IMG/VR virus record: IMGVR_UViG_3300047557_001530
Coordinates: 96,001 to 160,000 of that record
Reading direction: 5' to 3' (one strand)
DNA: 64,000 nt
Origin: a virus
In this document: positions 25,659 to 35,738 of the stretch, piece after piece
How the letters are laid out: every line of letters begins with the position of its first letter
Position numbering within the stretch: the first letter of the stretch is position 1
Position numbers and translations under genes: made by a program
Notes under the pieces: model-generated
What the model was told of the DNA's origin: nothing
Seen by the model: the letters and a program-made list of their open reading frames with translations, nothing else
The model's database searches: none

Positions 25659-26363
25659 GTGGCAGGATCAATTACCAATTTCATAAATGCTATCGCTAAA
25701 AATGGTGGCATGTCCATGTCAAATGGATATGACATTGAGTTTGATCTTAGTGGAACGCAAATTCAAAGTGTTCTAAGTCAATACAGTATTACGTTGCCAA
25801 GTGCAAATGATTCTGGAAATCCTGGTGCTTTGATTAATATGTTTTGCGATGAAGCACAGTTACCAAATAGTCAAGCTGCTACTGGACAAATTAATGGTAG
25901 ATATTTGGGCGAGGGTGTCGTAAATTATCCTCACACAAAACTAGTAAGTGACTTTTCTTTGACATGGATGTGTGATGCTAATATGGCACCATACAAATTT
26001 TTAATGGCGTGGTATAATTATATTTTTAATGGCGTAGAAAATTCTAATAGCATAGAACAACAGTCTCCAGATAGTCTCAAAGAATTTAAGCAAAACGCCA
26101 AACCAAAACTTCCAAATCGCTCAACAAGATTACACTATCCAAAAGATTATCAAGCTACTTTAAGAATAGCTAAGACAGAAAAAGGAAATAACGCACCCAA
26201 TAGTAGGGTTCCATTAGTATATGTTATGGAACAATGCTATCCATATTCCGTAGATGCTGTTCCTCTTTCTTATGGAACATCACAATTAACTAGGGTTACT
26301 GCCAATTTTTATTATAGCAAGCATACAATTTTCTTTGCAGACGTTCGTTCATTTAAGGGATAA
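25659..26363 (+). CDS. Tail-tube-fold baseplate protein (gp54-like)
   Basis: CDEAQLP, CYPYSVDAVPLSYG, VTANFYY; divergent late promoters in 25626-25656. Confidence 0.75.
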   Translation: MAGSITNFINAIAKNGGMSMSNGYDIEFDLSGTQIQSVLSQYSITLPSANDSGNPGALINMFCDEAQLPNSQAATGQINGRYLGEGVVNYPHTKLVSDFSLTWMCDANMAPYKFLMAWYNYIFNGVENSNSIEQQSPDSLKEFKQNAKPKLPNRSTRLHYPKDYQATLRIAKTEKGNNAPNSRVPLVYVMEQCYPYSVDAVPLSYGTSQLTRVTANFYYSKHTIFFADVRSFKG

Positions 26364-26390
26364 ATAATTAAACGATTTGACTAGAATAAT

Positions 26391-27104
26391 ATGGCATTAC
26401 CTAAAATTGGTTATCCTACATTTGAACTGCAACTTCCTTCCAACGGCAAAACAATTAAGTACAGACCTTTTATAGTAAAAGAAGAAAAGGTTTTACTATT
26501 AGCACTTGAATCTGAAGACGAAGCCCAGATTAAAGATGCGGTAAAAAATTTAATTAAAAATTGTGTCATCACAAGAATCAAAGTTGATGAACTACCTGCT
26601 TTTGATTTAGAATATCTGTTCCTCAGAATCAGAGCAGCATCTGTTGGAGAAATTGTCACCATGAATGTTGTCTGCAAAGATGACAATGAAACTCAGGTTG
26701 AAGTTGCTATTAATTTAAATGAAGTTGAGGTCTTTAAGCCAGAAGGTCATGTGAATAAAATTATGATCGGTGATGATATGGGTATTGTTATGAAGTACCC
26801 AAGCATGGATAGATTTATTGATGCAGAATTTTTAAATAAAGATATTAAAACAGAAGAAGTATTTGAATTTATTGCTGATTCAATTGATCAAGTCTTCACA
26901 AAAGAAGATGTCTGGGATTCTTCCACAACGTCAAGAAAAGAAATGGTTGAGTGGGTGGAGACACTAACCAATAAACAGTTTGAAGACATTCAAAAATTTT
27001 ATGAGACAATGCCAAAACTACAGCATAAATTTACTGTGAAAAATCCAAAGACTGGACTTGAATCTGAATATGAAATCGAGGGTATGCAGAATTTTTTCGC
27101 ATAG
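26391..27104 (+). CDS. 26: Baseplate hub assembly protein gp26
   Basis: MALPK, YRPFIVKEEK.LL, FDLEYLFL.IR..SVGE, FYETMPKL, EG.QNFF. Confidence 0.92.
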   Translation: MALPKIGYPTFELQLPSNGKTIKYRPFIVKEEKVLLLALESEDEAQIKDAVKNLIKNCVITRIKVDELPAFDLEYLFLRIRAASVGEIVTMNVVCKDDNETQVEVAINLNEVEVFKPEGHVNKIMIGDDMGIVMKYPSMDRFIDAEFLNKDIKTEEVFEFIADSIDQVFTKEDVWDSSTTSRKEMVEWVETLTNKQFEDIQKFYETMPKLQHKFTVKNPKTGLESEYEIEGMQNFFA

Positions 27105-27131
27105 CACTCTTCCAAAATAGTTTGGAAGGGT
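27092..27131 (+). other. Probable programmed -1 frameshift signal gp26 to gp51
   Basis: T_TTT_TTC at 27092-27098, 7-nt spacer, 11-bp hairpin ACTCTTCCAAA-atag-TTTGGAAGGGT. Confidence 0.7.
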
Positions 27132-27283
27132 ATTTTAAAACCAATTTTGCCTTGATGCAGCATCATAAATACTCTTTGACAGAGATTGAAAGTCTCATGC
27201 CTTGGGAACGTGAAGTATATGTTTCTTTGTTATTGCAACACATACAAGAACAAGAAGCTAAACGGGAAGCAGCTAACAGGTAA
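27098..27283 (+). CDS. 51: Baseplate hub assembly catalyst gp51 (-1 frame of gp26; not in the ORF track)
   Basis: SLEGYFKTNFALMQHHKYSLTEIESLMPWEREVYVSLL; first ATG (27155) lies inside the conserved block. Confidence 0.85.
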   Translation, partial: RIALFQNSLEGYFKTNFALMQHHKYSLTEIESLMPWEREVYVSLLLQHIQEQEAKREAANR

Positions 27284-30200
27284 TGAAAAATTCTGCCGAA
27301 AATAAATTTAATTTATCAAAAAGAGTAAGGCTACTCGGCAAAATTGTTGGCTATAATACTGCGTTTAATTTAGTTGGATCTAAAAAATTAGGGCAAGGTG
27401 CCTTTGGTACTGTATATTCTTCCAGAGGTGCTGCTGTTAAAGTTGCTCATGCTAAAGGTCAAAAGGAACTTAAGCATGAAGTTTCAATGCTTGAGCAATT
27501 AAAAGGTCTTAAGATAGCCCCACAGTTATTGGGCTCTGGAAAAGGATACGCTGCAATACAACAGTTTAAAGGTAATACATTAAATGATTCTGGAAATTTA
27601 AAAAGAATAAAAGAAGATCCAGTATTTGCTGATTATATTTTTAGAAAAATTGTTGAAGCAATGGGTGCATTGCACCGCAAAAATATTGCTCAAAAAGATT
27701 TACATGCAGGAAACATTTTTATTACTGATGACTACCAAGTAAAAATTCTTGATTATGGTCAGGCATCTAAAGGGTATCCTATAACATACTACGAAACATT
27801 TTTTGGTAGTAACTATGACCCTAAGCAAGGGGCGATAGGATTAATACATCATTTGTTTTTAAATACTCAATCGTATAAAACATATAAGAGAATATTAATT
27901 AATGCAATAAGAATTATATGCAAAAAGAAAGGAATTAGTTCTAAAATTGCATTGCAAAATTATGAAGCAATAGAAGGTAACGAAGAAAAGGAAACAGAAT
28001 ATTTTAATGTCTTAGAAAATTTAGCTCGTCACCCTGAGAATGATCAATCAGATGTAAGCAATTTTTACAGTGCTCTTGATACAGCATTAAAAATTAATAC
28101 AAAAAATCCTTTAAAGACAAAAAGAGTATCATCCAAAACTAGATTACTATCTACATCTTCTACGACAGCTAGAAAAATAAATCAAAAGTATTCATTGAAA
28201 GGAACTATTCCACAAGCATCTGAAGGTGGAGTATTCTCTGGACCAGAAAGTGGCTATCCAGTTATACTACATGGCACCGAAGCTGTCGTTCCATTGGATG
28301 ATCTTAACATACCTCCAGCAAGATATATTCAAGGGCAAGCTGGTGTTTGGGAGCTAGAATTTGAATCAGTTCTAGATCATGCTATTTACTTTGCTGGCAA
28401 GTCTCCATTCCCCAAAGGTGCTAAACAAGCAGAAATACTAGATTGGTTGCAGGATACTTTAGGTATTACCTGGAAAGATATTTCTGAACATCGTGATAAA
28501 ATTATGGATACGATACGTCAGCTAACCCCTGACGCATGGGAAGGAGGCAACTATCCATATTTACATATCCCTAGAGTCGATCCTGATTTTGAAATTGAAA
28601 CTTATGCAGATGCTGATGAAGAAGAGCCAGATGATCTTGATGATTTATTAAATGAAATACGAGATGAAGATGAAGACGAAGATGAGGCTGAAGGTTTAGA
28701 TGAATTACTTGATTTAATAAGGGATACATCTGTTTCTGATACAGAAGAAAAAGAAACAGAGAAAAAGATAGAACAAGCAAACGATATTGCTGAAGACATT
28801 CAGATTGATCCAGATGTTTTATCTGATCTTCCCCCAAGTTTGCAAGCATCTTTAGTTAAAGTAATTAATAGAAAAACAGGTGCTACTATTAATGCTGGTG
28901 ATAAAAAAGAAACAACATCTGCAATTACTAACACTAAAATATACAGATTTTTAACAAATAATTTATTAAAAATTGAAGGGCAATTAGATTCTATTAATGC
29001 TTCTATCAAAGAACAAAATATTTTACTGCAAACTAATTTAGATTTAAATCTAAAAACATTGCAATCGGTAGAAGAACAGGATGCATTGTTAGAAAGAAAA
29101 CTTGATACCATATTAGATCTTTATACTAATCAAACTTCTTTAATTAAAAAATACGAAGAAGATTTAAAGAGACAAGCAACTGAAGCTAGGTTAGAACAAC
29201 AAAGAGATTCTGCATTTACTACTGGATTCACTGACGTTGGTGGGCATACATTAGATTCAAATAGTTTACTCGGCAGATTGGTTAAATTTTTTGGTAAAAA
29301 AATAGCTGTAAAATTGTGGAAATTTTTACCATTAGCTATTAGATCAAGGGCTAAACTTTTAGGCAAAGCATTACGTCCAGGTAAACTACTTGGTAAAGTA
29401 GCTCAAAGAATAGCGGCAAAGAAAGCAGCAGACAAAGCAACTCAAAAAGCAACACAAAAATTTGTTGCAAAAGGTTTTGAACATATAGCATTACCAGCAT
29501 TAAAATCTGCTGACAATGTTGCTGCTAAAGGAGTACAAAAATCTGGCGGCAATTTATTGCAGAGAGCTTTGAGCAGTTCTGTAGTTCAAAAAGCATTGGT
29601 TAAAAAACTTGGTAAAGAAGGTGCAGAAAAACTTACAGTTAAGTTAGCAGCTAAATTAATTCCTGGTGTTGCTACGGCATATGGATTAGGAGAAGGTTTA
29701 GCTAGAATAATGATGGGTGATGTCAAGGGTGGATTCTTATCATTTGGTAGTGCAATACCTGTAGCTGGATATGGATTCGCTGCGGTGGATGTCTTGCGAG
29801 ACATTGATGTGGCTGCATACACGAAACATATTGAAGGACCAGCAATGTCTGGTAAACTTGGCGATGAACAGTTTGCTGCGTTCATTGCAGAGGCATTGGG
29901 AGTTACTGAAAATCAGTATGAAACAGGAACATTGAGTGCTAAACCTGGAGTTGCTATGCTTCATGGTACAGAATTGATTGTGGATAAAAATCAATCAGAA
30001 CAAATGAATCCAATGGCTATTGTTGGGGGCAGTTTATTAGCAGCAACAACAAATTATATTAACAGCATGGGTCCTCTCGCAGCATCTATAGCTCCTACAT
30101 TTAAGCAAGTTGCTGCTCCAATTGCAGAAGAATATGGTATTCCTAAAACATTTACACAAACAAAAGTTGGTGGAGCTTTACCTAATTTAAGTCAAGAACT

Positions 30201-31701
30201 TAAGAGAATAAAAGATAAAAGAAAACAAACACCAGAAGAAGAGCTTGAAGGCATTGAAAAAGATTTATTAGAGACACAGAATTCAGAATCATTTGCAGAA
30301 AAATTATTAAAGATATTGGATCCTCAAGGAAGATTCCAAGAGTTACTTAAAAATATAAACAATCGTCCTACTCCAACAGTCGATGGAGATTCTTTAATGG
30401 CTGAAGGTGGTTATGCCGTAGAAGCATCGGATGTTGGGGATAAATTTGGTGATAGAGGAGGAAAGCATAAAGGAATTGATATTGCTAGTAGCAAATTTAA
30501 AATGGGAACACCTATATCAATAATTAAACCTGGAGTTGTTGAGGATATTGGAAAACTTTCTGATGGAACTGGAGATCCTGGTGGATGGGGGAATTTTGTT
30601 GTTGTTAAACATGATGATGGATTATATTCTTTATATGGTCATTTGAGTGAAGTTAATGCAACAAAAGGACAAAGATTAGAACCATCTGCGAATGGAGTTT
30701 TCCCTGTTATCGGTAAAATTGGTAGCACAGGAAGATCGTCTGGTGCTCATTTGCACTTAGAAGTTGGAACTGGTTGGACAGGAGGAACTTTAAAAGGACA
30801 TATAAATCCACTTCCTATTGTAAATCAATTGATGCGTGGGGGCGGAAATATTAGAAAAGTTGATAGACCAACTGGAACACCAGTAAAAGTTGAAGGTCTT
30901 GGCAAACAAGGTGTTATGGCTAATAAGAATTTTGGTTCTACTTCTGGCGTAGGATCAAAAGGATATTTAATTGTTCCTGGTCATGCTGCTGGAGGAGGAG
31001 CACCTGGAGAAGCAGCTTTAGTTAAACAATTAGCACAAAATGCATACAGCAACTTAAAGCAAAAATATCCTGATGCAAACATTAAATATGTTGATGTAAA
31101 TTCTATGTTTGAAGATACTGAAGCTGGTTTTAATAAACAAAAGCAATGGTATAAAAAAATGGAGCAAGAAGGATGGGAAGTATTAGAAGTTCACATGGAT
31201 GCATCAATGGAATCTGGACAAGGAAGTGGACGAGGAGTTATTGTTCCTAAAGGAGAATTAAACGCAGTAGAAAAACATTTTGCAGAAAACTTTGGAGCAT
31301 TTCCTAGAGGGCATAGAGATCTAGCAGCACCAAATAGAGGAGCTAGTATTTTTGAATTAGGTAATATGTCTCCAGAGTTGCAAAGATCTGTTCAATCAGG
31401 ACAAGTAACAAAACAACAGTTAGATGCATTAACTTCTCCTTTTGAAAGATCTATTGCTGCTGGGTTAAATTTACAATCAATCACTCCTCCATCTGGTCAA
31501 CGACAAAGATTTGAATCGATGCAAGGTAAAGACAAAGATGCAGGCACTAAGCATTTAATCGTTAATCAAGCGACAAGACCTGCGGTTGGTGGTCAAGGAT
31601 CACAAAATATTACTTTTGTCCCTATGGGTTCTGGTAGATGGAGAACAGAAAATGAATACTCGGACACTATCAGAAGTCTTATTATGTCTAGATTACGATA
31701 A
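27283..31701 (+). CDS. Tape-measure/hub-like virion protein with N-terminal Ser/Thr kinase, M23 peptidase and amidase_3-like domains
   Basis: LGQGAFGTVY, AVK, QKDLHAGN, LDYG; HKGIDI, YGHL, HLHLEV; VPGH..GE, EVHMDA, FELGNM; position after gp26/51. Confidence 0.8.
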   Translation: MKNSAENKFNLSKRVRLLGKIVGYNTAFNLVGSKKLGQGAFGTVYSSRGAAVKVAHAKGQKELKHEVSMLEQLKGLKIAPQLLGSGKGYAAIQQFKGNTLNDSGNLKRIKEDPVFADYIFRKIVEAMGALHRKNIAQKDLHAGNIFITDDYQVKILDYGQASKGYPITYYETFFGSNYDPKQGAIGLIHHLFLNTQSYKTYKRILINAIRIICKKKGISSKIALQNYEAIEGNEEKETEYFNVLENLARHPENDQSDVSNFYSALDTALKINTKNPLKTKRVSSKTRLLSTSSTTARKINQKYSLKGTIPQASEGGVFSGPESGYPVILHGTEAVVPLDDLNIPPARYIQGQAGVWELEFESVLDHAIYFAGKSPFPKGAKQAEILDWLQDTLGITWKDISEHRDKIMDTIRQLTPDAWEGGNYPYLHIPRVDPDFEIETYADADEEEPDDLDDLLNEIRDEDEDEDEAEGLDELLDLIRDTSVSDTEEKETEKKIEQANDIAEDIQIDPDVLSDLPPSLQASLVKVINRKTGATINAGDKKETTSAITNTKIYRFLTNNLLKIEGQLDSINASIKEQNILLQTNLDLNLKTLQSVEEQDALLERKLDTILDLYTNQTSLIKKYEEDLKRQATEARLEQQRDSAFTTGFTDVGGHTLDSNSLLGRLVKFFGKKIAVKLWKFLPLAIRSRAKLLGKALRPGKLLGKVAQRIAAKKAADKATQKATQKFVAKGFEHIALPALKSADNVAAKGVQKSGGNLLQRALSSSVVQKALVKKLGKEGAEKLTVKLAAKLIPGVATAYGLGEGLARIMMGDVKGGFLSFGSAIPVAGYGFAAVDVLRDIDVAAYTKHIEGPAMSGKLGDEQFAAFIAEALGVTENQYETGTLSAKPGVAMLHGTELIVDKNQSEQMNPMAIVGGSLLAATTNYINSMGPLAASIAPTFKQVAAPIAEEYGIPKTFTQTKVGGALPNLSQELKRIKDKRKQTPEEELEGIEKDLLETQNSESFAEKLLKILDPQGRFQELLKNINNRPTPTVDGDSLMAEGGYAVEASDVGDKFGDRGGKHKGIDIASSKFKMGTPISIIKPGVVEDIGKLSDGTGDPGGWGNFVVVKHDDGLYSLYGHLSEVNATKGQRLEPSANGVFPVIGKIGSTGRSSGAHLHLEVGTGWTGGTLKGHINPLPIVNQLMRGGGNIRKVDRPTGTPVKVEGLGKQGVMANKNFGSTSGVGSKGYLIVPGHAAGGGAPGEAALVKQLAQNAYSNLKQKYPDANIKYVDVNSMFEDTEAGFNKQKQWYKKMEQEGWEVLEVHMDASMESGQGSGRGVIVPKGELNAVEKHFAENFGAFPRGHRDLAAPNRGASIFELGNMSPELQRSVQSGQVTKQQLDALTSPFERSIAAGLNLQSITPPSGQRQRFESMQGKDKDAGTKHLIVNQATRPAVGGQGSQNITFVPMGSGRWRTENEYSDTIRSLIMSRLR

Positions 31702-31723
31702 ATATTTCGTCAGGGTATTATAA

Positions 31724-34282
31724 ATGGCAGCTTTTACAGAAGGGTTTTCATATCATGGAAATAATATTGATGTAGTATCTAAAGTTATGGCCGCTCGTTC
31801 GATGGCGAAGGCTGAACGAGAGTATGCTGAAAAAACTTTAGCTGCCCAACAAAAAAATGTCCCCGATGATGATAAATTAAAGCTTGAAGATTTTGGTATT
31901 AAGAAAGGATACTTCTTTCGCAAAGCATTAAAGCATGAATTTGGTGGCGATTATTATTTAAGAAAAAAAGAAAAAATTTCTGACATTGTTTCTAGGGTTA
32001 AGTTACTAAAAAATCCTAGAAAGAATTTTTTTGAACTATTTGAAAAAAGAAAACCAACTACTAAATTTTCTAGATTTAGAAGTCAATTTGATTATAATTT
32101 TGAAACTTCTGATCCAGCAGTGCAAGCAAAGTCTCCAAAAATACCAGGAACAGCTAAGAAAATACAAAAAGCTACTGCTGGAAGTGGTAAACGAATTAGT
32201 AGAGAACAATTACTTGATTCTATTTCTGGAGTAGTTAAATCAATTGAATCAGTAGCAGACTCTATTCAATCATCTTCTTCTGAAGTTAAACGAAATATTA
32301 TATCATCTAATATAGCTCAAACTAATATTGCAGAACAATTAAAATCTAGAAATGATACTTTGTCTGATAAATTAGACAAAATTGCTGCTGCTATATCTCA
32401 ACAAACACAACTTCAAAAACAAACTGTAGATAAAAGAGAAGATCAACAAAGAGAAACTCGATTAGAATCTCAAAAAGATGTTGCAAGAACTATTACTCCA
32501 GATGATTTGACAACACCTGAAGATGAAAGTCTTCAAGATACAAATGTAGATAATGATATTACACCAACTACATCGATTACTAACATACAAAATTTAGTTC
32601 CTGATGCATATTCTCAAAGAAATGCTTGGCGTGAAGAAATGATGTCGAGAGCAAACATGCCACAACTAGAAAGAGGTGGCATAGTTTCTGGTCCTGATAG
32701 TGGTTATCTTGCCAAACTTCACGGCGATGAAATGATTGTTCCTTTGGATAATAATTATACTCAAGGGCAACCTAGTGCTGTTGATGGTAAGACAAGAAAA
32801 AAACCACAGATGTTTGAGAAAGGAACATCTGGAGTTGGTGGTAGATTTGGTTTTGGTACAACAAGAAATTTAGGAATTGGTAATACATTTGCTTCTAGCA
32901 TAACAAATATGTCACAACCATTAGTGGATGCGATGTCTTTACCAATGATGGTTGCTGGTGGTAGTGTTGTTGCAGCAACAACAAATCTTATGAAAAATTT
33001 AGGTGGTTCTGGAGAAGAATTGAGACCAGAAATTGAAAAGTTTTCTCGTCCAATATCAGATGCCTTTGGTGTTCCTCCAACAGTTATGAATAAAGCAAAA
33101 GCAGGAACAGTTAAAGGAAAGAAAGAAGAAGATAAAGCTGAAGAAGTATCTGGAGAATCTAAAAAAAATATTATTGCCAAAATGATGGATGGATTTGGAA
33201 AACTTCTTGAGAAAATGAGTAATAGTATTAATGAAACTCCGCCACAAAATCCACCTGGAGGAGGTGATCTATCGCCAGTAAATTTACAAGGATTTAGTCA
33301 GCAAGAAATTTCTGATCTTGGTAAAATGGTATATGCAGAAGCGGGTGCAGATCCAGCTGGATCATCTCATGTTTTAAATGCAATTCTTAATCGTTACAGA
33401 CAAGTAAAACAAGGAAAGGCAACTCCTCAAGCATGGGGAGTTAAAGAAGGAGTAACGGCACAAAATATGACAATTACTGATTTATTAATGGCGGAAAATC
33501 AATTTCAGCCAGTACGTGATGGTAGATTTGCTAAAGTTTCTGCCGAACAAGGAACTCAAGCCTTGAATGCAGCTATTGGTGCAGGCGGATTAGATCCAAA
33601 ACAAATATATGAAAAAGCAAAGGCTGCTGGCTTATCTGATGCAGAAGCTAAAATGTTAGCAACATCAGATACTTTTTATAATCCTACTGTAAGTTCAAAT
33701 AAACCTTTTAATGCTCCTGTTGTCAATACTGCCAACAAACATGCATTTATGGCGTCACCAAATACTGGATTTTCTCCCGCAGATTTAAATGCATTAACTG
33801 CTGTACAAAGAACACAACCACCAACAACGCAGCCATCAACATCACTTGGTCAACAGATCACTGAAAATTATGGTATGAATATTCATGATAAATTTTATTT
33901 CAAACTTGGTGGCGTTGAATATCATGCTTATAAGACTGCAAAAGGATTTGATTTCTATAAAGGAGGAACAAAAATAACTGATCCAGAAGAAGAGAGAAAA
34001 GTTATTCAAGGTTTTGTGAATTTAAAATCTCAAGCAATACAACGATCTGAAAATGCAACATCTTTGGCACCGCCATCAACAAGACAAGCAAAAATAGATC
34101 AAGCTCAGCAATTAAATAGAAGTACAGATTCAAGTGGTGCTTCAACCATTGCATATTTAAATCTACCTTCTGCTCAATCAAAACCATCGTTGAATACACC
34201 TCCACCAACTTCTAATACCACAACTATTGGTAGAGGTTACGATCCATTAAATCAATCTGGTCTTTATATCCCAACAGCATAA
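31724..34282 (+). CDS. Second tape-measure-like protein with a SleB/Hydrolase_2-like domain
   Basis: Coiled coils; GGIVSGPDSGY..LHGDEMIVPL; LGKMVYAEAG...VLNAILNR...NQFQPV. Confidence 0.7.
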   Translation: MAAFTEGFSYHGNNIDVVSKVMAARSMAKAEREYAEKTLAAQQKNVPDDDKLKLEDFGIKKGYFFRKALKHEFGGDYYLRKKEKISDIVSRVKLLKNPRKNFFELFEKRKPTTKFSRFRSQFDYNFETSDPAVQAKSPKIPGTAKKIQKATAGSGKRISREQLLDSISGVVKSIESVADSIQSSSSEVKRNIISSNIAQTNIAEQLKSRNDTLSDKLDKIAAAISQQTQLQKQTVDKREDQQRETRLESQKDVARTITPDDLTTPEDESLQDTNVDNDITPTTSITNIQNLVPDAYSQRNAWREEMMSRANMPQLERGGIVSGPDSGYLAKLHGDEMIVPLDNNYTQGQPSAVDGKTRKKPQMFEKGTSGVGGRFGFGTTRNLGIGNTFASSITNMSQPLVDAMSLPMMVAGGSVVAATTNLMKNLGGSGEELRPEIEKFSRPISDAFGVPPTVMNKAKAGTVKGKKEEDKAEEVSGESKKNIIAKMMDGFGKLLEKMSNSINETPPQNPPGGGDLSPVNLQGFSQQEISDLGKMVYAEAGADPAGSSHVLNAILNRYRQVKQGKATPQAWGVKEGVTAQNMTITDLLMAENQFQPVRDGRFAKVSAEQGTQALNAAIGAGGLDPKQIYEKAKAAGLSDAEAKMLATSDTFYNPTVSSNKPFNAPVVNTANKHAFMASPNTGFSPADLNALTAVQRTQPPTTQPSTSLGQQITENYGMNIHDKFYFKLGGVEYHAYKTAKGFDFYKGGTKITDPEEERKVIQGFVNLKSQAIQRSENATSLAPPSTRQAKIDQAQQLNRSTDSSGASTIAYLNLPSAQSKPSLNTPPPTSNTTTIGRGYDPLNQSGLYIPTA

Positions 34283-34286
34283 AATT

Positions 34287-35717
34287 ATGACACAACAGTT
34301 ACCATACGCATCTAGTTTTATTCTAAAAGCTGCTACCATTTATCAGGTAGGAACGGATAAGGCCATTGACATTACCAATATGGTAATACGTTTTGATTAT
34401 TTTGAAAACATTAATTACCCAACCATCTCAGGAACTCTTGGTCTTGTAGATAACGGATCAAACTTAATTGCATCTTTACCTATACAAGGGTTTGAAAAAA
34501 TTAAATTAGAATTAAAGACTGGAGAAGACAAAGAATATACCTATGAGTTTAGAGTTTATAAAGTTCAAAATCGTTTTGCTGGGGATAGATTTCAAACATA
34601 TACTTTGGGGTTGATATCTCTAGAGGCTATGTTAAATGAGGGAGTGCGAGTTGCAAAAACTTTAAAAGGAAAACCAGATAAAATAGTCAAAGAATTATTA
34701 GAAACAAATTTAAAAACTTCTAAGCCTGTAAATGTTGATCCATGTTTGTATAATATTATATTCAATCCAGGAAAAAAATCTCCATTTTCTATTATTGAAT
34801 CAATTAAAATGAAATCTGTACCCCAGGGATCTTCAACAAAATCATCTGGCAAATCATCATTACCTGGGAAAACGGGTGGTTCAGAAACAAGTGTCGTCTC
34901 TTCAACTTCAGCAACAAATAAAGGAGATTACTCAAAGGTTTCTGGGACTGCTGGATATTTTTTCTTTGAAAACAAAGATGGTTTTTATTTTAAATCTATT
35001 GATTCATTATGTTCTATTGATAAATTTAATGGCTCTAAACCAGTAGCAAAATACACACAAGAAAATGTTGATGTTGGTGGACCTCCTAACAGAAAAATTA
35101 TTGACATTGATTTCGTAGAAGAGATTGATATGATGAGTAAGTTAAGAATGGGAGCCTTCTCTTCTCTTGTTTGTTATTATAATTTTAGCACTGGGTCTTA
35201 TGAAGAATATGTTTATTCTTTATCAGATTCCTATCAAAACATGGGACACATGGGAACACAGCAAGGATTGCCTTATGGTCAAGCAGAGTTATCAAAGTAT
35301 CCTACTCGCATCATGAGTGTTTTATTAGATCACGAGACATGGTTTAGTGGAGAAGGTATAGCATCCCCTGAAGAAAAAGATGGTGCTGGTGGCAGCACTA
35401 CAAATTTCCCAGACTTTCAAAAAAGTTACATCTCCCAATCTATTTCTCGTTTAAATACATTACAAAATCAAAAAGTAAAAATTACTGTTACAGGTAATCC
35501 AGATTTAAAAGTTGGAGACAAGATTGAAATTGAAATACCAAATCAAATACCTACCGCACAAAGAAGAGAACAGAAATATGATGAGGAACATAGCGGAGTG
35601 TATTTAATCTCAGAAATTAACCATGGTTTTGATATTAAAAAAAGACAAATGAATACATTCATCACGTTAATTCGTGATTCATATGGCAAGAGAGACACCG
35701 CTTCTAAAGTAAAATAA
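34287..35717 (+). CDS. Baseplate hub protein (gp27-like)
   Basis: YFFFENKDGFYFKSID, GNPDLKVGD, SGVYLISEINH; directly upstream of gp5. Confidence 0.7.
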   Translation: MTQQLPYASSFILKAATIYQVGTDKAIDITNMVIRFDYFENINYPTISGTLGLVDNGSNLIASLPIQGFEKIKLELKTGEDKEYTYEFRVYKVQNRFAGDRFQTYTLGLISLEAMLNEGVRVAKTLKGKPDKIVKELLETNLKTSKPVNVDPCLYNIIFNPGKKSPFSIIESIKMKSVPQGSSTKSSGKSSLPGKTGGSETSVVSSTSATNKGDYSKVSGTAGYFFFENKDGFYFKSIDSLCSIDKFNGSKPVAKYTQENVDVGGPPNRKIIDIDFVEEIDMMSKLRMGAFSSLVCYYNFSTGSYEEYVYSLSDSYQNMGHMGTQQGLPYGQAELSKYPTRIMSVLLDHETWFSGEGIASPEEKDGAGGSTTNFPDFQKSYISQSISRLNTLQNQKVKITVTGNPDLKVGDKIEIEIPNQIPTAQRREQKYDEEHSGVYLISEINHGFDIKKRQMNTFITLIRDSYGKRDTASKVK

Positions 35718-35738
35718 ATAGTTAATAAAATTGTTGAT

